A stretch of DNA of 64,000 bases, from positions 60,820-124,819 of the forward strand of contig NIVC01003591.1 of the NCBI GenBank assembly GCA_002269645.1. The letters are read 5' to 3'. The stretch's first letter is position 1. Every line of letters begins with the position of its first letter. Origin of the DNA: Macrostomum lignano. Its lineage: Eukaryota. Both the position numbers and the translations under genes were made by a program. The notes under the pieces were generated by a model, which did no database searches, had not been told where the DNA came from, and saw nothing but the letters and a program-made list of their open reading frames with translations. Shown here piece by piece: positions 36,333 to 45,852 of the stretch.

Positions 36333-37858
36333 TTGAAAAACTTTTTGTTTGGAGGCATGGGGGGTTTCAAACACTGTCTTGCTTTCCTCATCAAGTCAAT
36401 CGGAGGAGCGTACCAAGATGTCGCCAGCCTTTCTCCTGTCAATCGTCTAACAGCAGAGGATCTGAGCAGCAGGGCAGAGCGCATTATTGAGATTGTGACA
36501 GCCAGCGGCTTTGAAGTCGTCGCTGTGTCGTGCGACAATGCCCCAGTGAACAGAAAGTTTTTTTCGCTGAATGCTGCTCATGAAGATGGCCTCACTATGC
36601 GGCATCCTTCAGATTCCCAAAAAGAGATTTTTCTGCTGATGGATTCGAGTCATAACATTAAGAACGTTTATAATAATTTTCAGAAGCGCAGGGAGTTTCA
36701 TATCCCAACATCTGACTATAGTAGTACTGTCGTGGCAAGATTTGGTGGTGATATTAAAGCCGTCTTCGAGCTAGAGAAGAATCAATCATCAAGGATTCCA
36801 TTCAAACTAACAGAGAAGGATCTGCGCCCGCTGAATGTTGAAAGAACTAGCACTTGTATGGCTGCTGCTGTATTTGATGAGGCCACAATTTCAGCATTTA
36901 AATTCTATTCCGACACTAAGTCAAGAAATTGACACTACAACATTCAACAGTACAGCAGAATTTCTCGCAAAAATCAAGCAGTTATTGAGCATTTTGAATG
37001 TTCGAACACCTGTCGCTGGTCAGCAGCTAAGAAAGCCAGAATGCGCGCCGATTACAAGCGAAGAGAACTGGCAGCTTGAACACCTACTAGCATTCACCGA
37101 ATTTCTAAAAAAGTGGCGCTCAGCTGCAGCAGGCAAGAACTGCTTGACGAATGAAACCTTCGGTAGCCTCATTCAGACGTGTTCTGCTATTCCGAAATTG
37201 TGCTCGACTACTCGCTACTGGGCATTTTCAGTATGTTTTGCTTGGAAAGTTCCTTTCGGATCCCATCGAGAGGCAATTCGGAAGGTACCGACAGATGTCA
37301 GGTGGTCTATACTACATCAGCTCGAAACAGATTATTCAATCTGAAAATAAGATCAGAGTGACGTCGCTCTCGAAGCACTCTAAGATGGACCTCAGCCGAC
37401 TGAAGAAGTCATTCGCGAGGGACTTTAAACAGGAGGACACGGACACTAGTCTCAGAGCAGCGAAATTGTTTAAAAGCATTCCGGATGAGCATTGCCTGGC
37501 TTTGAGACGTAACGAATCAGGCTGCCTGAATGTCATGTTTTACATCGCAGGATACCTGTCAAAGTCCATTGGTAAACGCTGTCATGGGTGTCGCCAATTT
37601 CTGGTCATCGAGAACAACTTTCCAGCACTGAAAATCCCAACTGAAAACCAGCCAGATCATCAGTTCCTGGTACGTCAAGTCAATCGAGGAGGACTTTGCT
37701 GCCCTTCTGATGCTTCATTCACTATCTGCGTGACAGCATTCAACATCTTCGAGAACGTTAAGAGCTCCAACACTCTGCCAAAGGAATTTCTGAACAATCG
37801 ACCGCATCAAACGTTTTGCCAGGCTGCTAATCGTCAAAATGCAAAGCTCAGCTGACTT
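36333..37858 (+). pseudogene. P-element/THAP9-like DNA transposase, 5'-truncated and frameshifted
   Basis: GFEVVAVSCDNAPVNRKFF, LLMDSSHNIKNVYNNF and YVLLGKFLSDPIERQFGRYRQMSGG resemble THAP9/P catalytic blocks. They lie in three overlapping ORFs in three frames (36333, 36835, 37151). Confidence 0.8.
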
Positions 37859-39341
37859 TTCGACGCAAGGTGTTAGTCCAGGAAAAACTGAGTCAAGTCA
37901 TGTTTGCAAGCGAAGGAGAATAGATACTGTGACGTTGTCAGATGAGGTGGCCCCGACAAAGGCCGTTTTAGCGAAAGCAGTGCCATTCTTATAATATTGT
38001 TAATTTGATGATCTCGTACTCTAACGTCTGCTTATAGTAATGCCCAAGGAATTTTAACAACATTGCGTGACGTTCGTAAAGCCTATGTACAATGCGATCG
38101 ATAATTTCTGTTTTCAAAGTTGGTTTTCGCGCCGGCCAATAGGAAAGCCGCGCATATATTATGCTAGCCTGAAATTAATTTTTTGTCCTGCACCCACCAC
38201 CAGCCCGCTCGTTATCAGTCCTGTCTGGCTGGGGCGCCCGGGGTTAGGCTTTTTCTTTTCTCCTCCGGCTGCTCTTCGTCCCTCTCCCTCGCTCGCTCCG
38301 CCACAGTTCTAAGCCACGCCTCTGCCAATTCTCGATCACGCCACCGCCACCGTTCGTACGGGGTTCTTGCCACGAGTACCGCAACCATACGATCACTGCC
38401 TTTCCATCTCCGCCATTGCCTCAGGCTCATCAACTCGCTCTATCATCTATCTTATTGTTGCGCAGCCGCCCAGTGCATTCCTTACGGATTCAGCAAATAC
38501 TCAGGCCCATCTCTATTGACTACATACCCAGACGGAATTGATAACAAACGAGCCCAAACTATCCGCCCATACGGGTACAATAAATGAGAACTACGGCCAT
38601 TGCCGCATCATTCGTCAATATCACCGAGTGCTACCGCTACACAATTTGCCTCTGTGTATTCGCCTTCGTTAATTATTTGATCCTGAGTCTGCCATTTAAT
38701 CGTCACAATACGAACAGAACCATACCGAAGTGACGAAACTATTTATTTGACTTCATAACACGAAACCGCGTACATCAATGGACAAACATTGGCAGGGGGT
38801 TAAAACCATGCACACTGGCAAGCGTAACTGTACAAACGGGTAGGGTTAAAGCGATAGTGCGCAAGAGTGATTAGCCACGGGGAGGGAGAGAGAGAGTGAA
38901 ACAACGTGAAAACCAAAGTGCAACCCCAACACAAGGCTTCTGCTGCACAGTTCATCGCCCAAGAGAGCTGATCCGCCAGTTTGCAATTCGTCTTTTGAAT
39001 TGCTTCTTGAAGAATGTCACTTCGCTGATCAACCGGCCGTCTCTCGTCGGCAAGCGCAAGTCAAAATCCCAGAGTGAAAAGCCGGCTGCAAGTGTCCGCA
39101 AGCTAGCCAAGCTGAACCCTTTGAAGCCCCGCGAAGTTCAAGCCTGCAGATTTCGCTCCTCCGACTTAGATTATCCATCCAGGTAAGTGAATTATCGCTA
39201 ACATTTGTAAATAAACTTCCATTTGCCTCTATTTTACATGTAAATAACATTGATTCACTTAAAACTGTTTGAAATGAGCTGGCATATTGCAGTTTCTCAT
39301 TTATTTTTTGTAGAAAATATGTTGCGTCTATATTTTTGATT

Positions 39342-39423
39342 GAGAACAAGGGGATAACTAGGGACGATTATGTAAACTTCAGCTCGTAATTCGGAGTCCC
39401 TAATTATCCCCTTGCTTGTTCTC
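39342..39423. other. 82-nt imperfect hairpin
   Basis: GAGAACAAGGGGATAACTAGGGAC can pair with GTCCCTAATTATCCCCTTGCTTGTTCTC; extra pairing is possible in the loop. Confidence 0.6.
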
Positions 39424-40539
39424 TTCTATGCCAGGTCCAATTTTTGTCACTTTTTTGCCGAATACGAGTACAGCTTCCTGGTGTCACTGTGAGCAGAATG
39501 ACGCATCATTTGTGTACATAGGTTACTCGGGCTACACTCTATGAGCTCAAGTTGACAGGCCCTTTGATCTTTAAAGATCAGTCAAAATATAATTTCTTAG
39601 CTTGTATAGTATTGTGCGTAAAAATATTATTGAGTTTTTTTAGCTTATAGCTTTAAAGCACAACCACTGGCATGACTATTCAGCACCATCTACGCAAGCA
39701 CTCCTGTTAGCAAATAAATGAGTCAAAACTAAACAACCAGCTCAAACTACTGCAAGTAATAAGCTTAGTTCTTATCTTTATGCCACAATTAAAATGCATC
39801 GGTTAATATTTTATACATTAGATTTTCATTTTCCTATTTGTCTCTCGTTCTTTCCGCTCTCTCTTTATCTGTTACACTTTTACAAGCAAAGTTCTCAAAA
39901 CTGCTTTTCATTATCTTTTAGATATTTAAACTCGGTCCCGCCCACGCACTCCCGAGAAAGCCCAGGCCCCAGAGACGAACAGAATGTACCGTTGACCCCC
40001 TCAAAAGATAGGGATGTTGAGAGTTTTATAAACGAACGAGCGGAGCGCGGGATCTGCTCCGTTCTGCCCCAGAGTCGAAATCCCCAGTGGTTAGAATACT
40101 CCTTTGACTTTGCAATTGCGGCTCAGATCCGCCTGCGACCGGCGAGATTTCACTGTAGACGGAAGCCGAAGTCAAGTTGCAGCCTCTGAGAGTCCAAGCC
40201 GACCCGGCACGAGAGATAGTGAGAAAGAGTGAGGGCAACACGCTAGGCACGTCTTGTTAGCATGTTAGAAGTCGATGTTGAGAGAAATCCGCTAAGAGCA
40301 AACGCAAAGGACGCCAAAACAAAGACTATAGCCTTGAAAAATGCCTATAGGATAAAACCAGAAAGAATTTTTTTTAATTTCTATATCTAAGTAAGCCAGA
40401 GGTCGGCAAATCATCCAGCCATGCGGCCCGCGAAGTCTCTCTATTCGGCCCTTGGGTCCTTTGAAGCTTCACAATAGCCATCCCGCTTGCTCAAGCAAGG
40501 AATTCTAAACCTAGCAAGTCTTGCTCAAGGCTGGTCTCC

Positions 40540-40740
40540 TCTCAGTTCTTTTTCTCTTCTCTCCCCTCTTCTCGTTCAGTCTCCTCTCTCCCCTCTCTCC
40601 CCTCTCTCTCCCCTCCCCTCTCTCCCCTCTCTCTTCTCTCTCCTCCTCTCTTTCCTCTTCTCTTCCTCTCCCTTCTCTGCACTCTCCTCTCTCTGCCCTC
40701 TCTCCCCACTCCTCTCTTCTCTTCTCTCCTTTCTCTTACC
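40540..40740. repeat. Degenerate CT-rich tract at the position equivalent to the CT minisatellites
   Basis: Flanks are homologous to 23300-23345 and 23750-24000. Confidence 0.8.
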
Positions 40741-41554
40741 AAGCACCCCTAATTGGAAACATGCTCATAAAGTTAAGCATTTGATCTGCATCCGACAGAA
40801 AACTATATCTATGCTCGCTATGAAAAATAAAAGGTACCCATTTCGGTAGTGCATTTTTCGCTCAAAGACCAAATAGAAATTGAGTGTTCCAAAAGAAGTG
40901 AATCTTCCCGAATCCCGTCCTTATACAAGGATCTAATATCTAACATAGCTATAACGCACCATATTACGAGTAAATTAATTACCATTTTGAAGTATGCACC
41001 ATGATCTTCAATATTTGTGCAAAATTGCCGACTTAGAAACAATGGTGCAGAAACCGGACGCTTTTTGCGATGTAATATTATTAATAAAACTTGTCATACA
41101 ATGAGCGCCACACAATAAGCTTATTGAGAGATGGCAGAGAGATGCAATGGCAGTATCATGTAAATTCGAAATTAGTCATAGAAGAATTAGACCACATATA
41201 TGATTAGACAAAAAAAATTATCCGCATTTGACTTTTCAACAATCAAATCAATGATTTACAAAGATTTATTAGTTACAAATAAAAATCGATCCATGATCAT
41301 TGATATAGTAGTATACAGTGAAGTATTATAGACTATTTTAAGATATGCAAATAACCTGATAGCACGGTATTTATGGTCAAGATTTATGGTCAAATTAACA
41401 AAGGACAACCGTTTTTAAGCAAGTCGAACAGGTGTTAAAATATCAGCGCCGTAGAACAAAAATTCTAATAGAACAGCAATAAATTTTTGCCAACAATATC
41501 CTCAATTAGTTGGTGGTTCTTCGCGACTTTCGGTTTCTGTCCAGTGCAATAAAT

Positions 41555-42313
41555 TTAGAACACGGACAGGCACTCACAGAGGTACTTCCGGTTGCTAGAG
41601 CATCCGGAATCATCGATGCCAGTATTGTGATCAACGTAGACAGCCGCACAGCCCTGAGTCGGCAACCCATCGTTCGGCCTCCCGGGCTCCCAGACGTCGG
41701 CCCGGATGCTCTCGTTGCAGGCGTCCCAGATCCAGCCTTCCGTTCTGCTCGCAGAGCCCGGAATCTGGTGGCCACCCAGAAACAAAGTCTCTACAGGGAT
41801 GTTCGACACGTTCTTGATCCACATCAGGTGACGGGACTCGTCGGAGTCCAGAGCGTCCGCGAACTTCGACAGTCCGGTCTCCTGGTCGCACCGGGAGAGA
41901 GCGTCAGCCCAGTTGGTCGCACGTGAGGCCGACACCTTGTATGAGGTTCCGAACTGAGAGTACTCGTATCCGGGTGGGCACAGGCGACCCGGAGCTACTC
42001 CAGGTAGCGATCTCACGTACACGGTTACTCGGTGAGTGCAGTTGGCCTCTGACTGCACTCGGTGGCTGCACTTGTCGAACAGGAACAGCTTGCAGAGGCA
42101 GTCGCCATCCGGCAGCGAGAAGGCCCGGCAGTTCGGCATCTTGGCGCAGTGCAGGCTGCAGGACAGCGGATCGCACGAGCCCCACACGGTGTGGGTGAAG
42201 CTGGACGTCACGCAGTCAGCGCCAGAGATCGGGTGGAAAGTCGCTTTCGGAGAGTCGCAAGTTGCATCGCAACTAATTTTGAGACCCAGAAGCAGAAACA
42301 GCAGCGGTCGCAT
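41555..42313 (-). CDS. Secreted PAN/apple-like + C-type lectin domain protein, copy 4 (252 aa)
   Basis: Intact ORF with the same architecture as copies 2 and 3. Confidence 0.85.
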   Translation of the reverse strand: MRPLLFLLLGLKISCDATCDSPKATFHPISGADCVTSSFTHTVWGSCDPLSCSLHCAKMPNCRAFSLPDGDCLCKLFLFDKCSHRVQSEANCTHRVTVYVRSLPGVAPGRLCPPGYEYSQFGTSYKVSASRATNWADALSRCDQETGLSKFADALDSDESRHLMWIKNVSNIPVETLFLGGHQIPGSASRTEGWIWDACNESIRADVWEPGRPNDGLPTQGCAAVYVDHNTGIDDSGCSSNRKYLCECLSVF

Positions 42314-43189
42314 TTTGGTTGTCTACAGAGTGTGTCAAGTTTGACAACTTAGTTTTCTATGAAGTTAGCATATACTTTTTTTAGTAAATTCAATTTACGA
42401 TATCAGCGTCAACTTACACGACAGGCCAACGTTCCAGTTAGGGAACTCGCAGGCGCACAGAAAGTCAGTGTGTTGCTGAGAGAATTTCTGAATCTGCACC
42501 GGCTCCCATGCAAGTTTTAATTTTTAAGTCAGCATTCAGAGTGACAATGTTCCCTGGCAATTTAGCTGGGACAAGTGAGGAAAAACAAAGCCTTTAAGTG
42601 CAACTCCCGGTTGCTAGGATAACTAAGTCTCTTCCTTCTTTACAAGGACAATGAGCTTGCCTTAGATGGCAGCAGAGCTTCATCCATCCTCATACTCAGG
42701 CAATCTCATCGATCGATGTCTCTCTCTTGGAGCAATTGTGGCTGCAGGTTGATTGCAAAACCAAGCCGTCGCAACACCCTCTGCCACCCCCAGCTGTGCT
42801 CTCGTTTTAGAGAGGCTGCTGACAGCTTTGCTATCTTGCTTCCTTTTCTTCAAGTTGCCTCTTATTCATCTGTACTTTTTTTCTCCATCTTTAAAAGTCT
42901 TTCTTGGAACTTTCTTAAAACTTTTCGGGTCAGCGTTGCTGATTTGGCCGTTGGTTTGAGAGGAGCAACCGCTTCGTTGTACGTCGTAAATAAGTAGTTG
43001 TCATGAGGAAAAAGCCAGGACAGAAATCAACTAAATCCCCTGAGATCAACATCTACTAAAATCTATCTAAACATAATGCCCTAACACCTAAAACCAACCA
43101 CCTCATCGCAATGCTTACAACTACTGATCGAAAAGGGGTTTTGTTTTTTTGTCCTTGAAACCTCGGACAGCAAAAAATCAACACCCTAC

Positions 43190-43300
43190 CAACCAACACC
43201 CAAAACCCAAAACCCAACACCTGACACCTAAGCCCAACACCTAACACCTGACACCTAAACCTAACACCTGACACCTAAACCCAACACCTGACACCTAAAC
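43190..43300. repeat. Low-complexity CCTAACACCTGACACCTAAA-type repeat
   Basis: Direct periodicity. Confidence 0.75.
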
Positions 43301-43402
43301 CCTAGAACAATTTCTTTGTGGCTCTTTCTGGTTTTCGCCATTGCATACAAAAAAGTCAAGCACAGCTCACCGCAGAAAATTAGTTATTTAGTTATTTTAA
43401 CA

Positions 43403-44100
43403 TCAAATTCTCTCAATCGCAATCGTTAGCGCAAACTCTTCACCATTGAAATCAACACCCACTCCATCCTCTGTTTCAAACTGAAGAGCAGTCTCATTGA
43501 TTTCTTTATACTCAGAACAACCCTCTTCACTGGATTAGGTTTCTCTACCAGCATCTAACCGCCAGCAACAGAATTTGAAACATTAAAAGTACATTTGTCC
43601 TTTTTACCTTTAAAAACCCAATCGAAACTCAAATTACTACAAATTAAAATATTTAAACCTTTGATAATTTCAGCGATATTTGGGGCAAAGAATAAACCCT
43701 CTTTATAAAATTTCGCCTCAAAACCCGACTCTGCATCCTTATGAACTTGCAGGATCACTCTTATTACAGTGAGATCATGGGATAGTTTAACAGGGAACAG
43801 TTTATTCTCTGGTCTACTCGCATCCGGTATCTCAAAATGCTTTCGTTTGGTAAAAACATTTCCCAAGAAGTAATTATAACTATCCACACCTTGTCACACC
43901 TTTCCATTTGTAATAAAACTTGTTATTTGCCAGGGTCACATTAGGAACATTCGACCAGCCTGTAAAATCATTCAGATAAACATGATAATTTGCCCAGCAT
44001 CCAATCGAATGGATTGCTCTAGTTTTTCCATGAACACTCCATTTGGTTCAGTAATTCTTCCAGTAACAGTAATCAGAATGCTTTCCTTTGAGTGCTTTCC
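43403..44100 (-). pseudogene. Probable Polinton/adintovirus-type minor capsid (penton) gene remnant
   Basis: Frames joined by hand: KLEQSIRLDAG / NYHVYLNDFTGWSNVPNVTLANNKFYY / ...NILICSNL...SVAGG*MLVEKPNPV / KEINETALQFETEDGVGVDFNGEEFALTIAIERI*. This resembles from memory the penton pattern L..PI.L..Y.VAL..F..W.NIPNI...NN.F.Y ... DG..IDFNGE..TI.L.I. AT-rich, with three frameshifts and one stop. Confidence 0.6.
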
Positions 44101-45105
44101 TTACATGAAAACCAAGCGATGTAATGTCTACATGAAAACCAAGCGGTGTAATGTCTATATGAAAACCAAGCAGTAGAATGTCTACATGAAAACCAAGCGA
44201 TGTAATGTCTACATGAAAACCAAGCGGTGTAATGTCTACATGAAAACCAAGCGATGTAATGTCTACATGAAAACCAAGCGGTGTAATGTCTACATGAAAA
44301 CCAAGCAGTAGAATGTCTACATGAAAACTTAGAGGTGTAATGTTTATATGAAACCAACGGTGTAATGTCTACATGAAAACCAAGCGGTGTAATGTCTACA
44401 TGAAAACCAAGCAGTGTAATGTCTACATGAAAACCAAGCGGTGTAATGTCTACATGAAAAACTGAGCGGTGTAATGTCTACATGAAAACCAAGCGGTGTA
44501 ATGTCTACATGAAAACCAAGCGGTGTAATGTCTACATGAAAACCAAGCGGTGTAATGTCTACATGAAAAACTGAGCGGTGTAATGTCTACATGAAAACCA
44601 AGCGGTGTAATGTCTACATGAAAAACTGAGCGGTGTAATGTCTACATGAAAACCAAGCAGTGTAATGTCTACATGAAAACCAAGCGGTGTAATGTCTACA
44701 TGAAAACCAAGCAGTGTAATGTCTACATGAAAACCAAGCGGTGTAATGTCTACATGAAAACCAAGCGGTGAAATGTCTACATGAAAAACTGAGCGGTGTA
44801 ATGTCTACATGAAAACCAAGCAGTGTAATGTCTACATGAAAACCAAGCGGTGTAATGTCTACATGAAAACCAAGCGGTGTAATGTCTACATGAAAACCAA
44901 GCGGTGTAATGTCTACATGAAAAACTGAGCGGTGTAATGTCTACATGAAAAACTGAGCGGTGTAATGTCTACATGAAAAACTGAGCGGTGTAATGTCTAC
45001 ATGAAAAACTGAGCGGTGTAATGTCTACATGAAAACCAAGCGGTGTAATGTCTACATGAAAACCAAGCGGTGTAATGTCTACATGAAAACCAAGCGGTGA
45101 AATGT
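44100..45105. repeat. Minisatellite, 27-nt unit AAAACCAAGCGGTGTAATGTCTACATG (about 37 copies)
   Basis: Direct periodicity; abuts the 5' end of the penton-like remnant. Confidence 0.95.
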
Positions 45106-45852
45106 CTATTAGAAAAACACACTTGAACCCACCGAAAGCGGCCAGATTACTAATCCGTTATTCTTTCATCCACAAGGAAACTAAACTATATTTGCGTTTC
45201 TCAAGCTGCATGATTTCATGAATCGACATTAAATGCATATCAGAGTACAGTTACACCAGGTGGGCGTCCTTCGTCGGTATTACTCGTAGCTTTTTGAAAA
45301 AATCAATAAACTTGGTAAATGTTTTCTCGTTATTATACCGATAATACTTGCTCGACAATTGCCTCCAAACACGAAGCGGTTATCGACACTCGGACGCAGC
45401 TACTAAGAGTAGTCCCTCAGTTCTCGCAAGTTCTAGCAAGAAGCACGCGTTTGTCCAAACGAAAAGAAAAATGATGTCTCAAATTACAAATGATGTTAAG
45501 AAGTTTACGCAGCCGCTCAACTGCAAGCGCAGACGCCATTCAGGTGCGAAAATCTCACGCGGCCCTAGGGATTGTACTTTTATCAAGCATAAGCAAAACG
45601 AAAGCAAATTTTGCAACCAAAGCACTCGTGCAAGAAGCTGTTTGCTATATCGGCACGTAGAAAGCAGTTGGGAATCGCAGCAAATTTTGAGTAAGCCCAG
45701 ATTGCTGGTTCCTGTCACGGAATGAATGTCTGGAGCAGTGCATGCCGTAATCTATGGGACCGGGACTGCCATATTTAAAGCACAGAAGCCAGTCTTCACC
45801 GCAGCGAGCTGACAATCCGACGTTAAACTGATTCGAAATCGTTAATTGCATA

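Noticed and set aside
18962-42313. Diversity-generating-retroelement-like system (variable C-type lectin fold next to a reverse transcriptase)
   Set aside because: Several variable codons change at positions 1-2 with a fixed third base, as DGRs produce. However, no template repeat is present in the window, many differences are C/T or synonymous, and the RT is a dead DIRS enzyme (YLNN). Positive selection plus gene conversion explains the pattern more simply.
42500-43050. Possible further Polinton-derived coding remnant downstream of the penton-like frame
   Set aside because: Lys-rich open stretches exist on the minus strand but no motif was recognisable.
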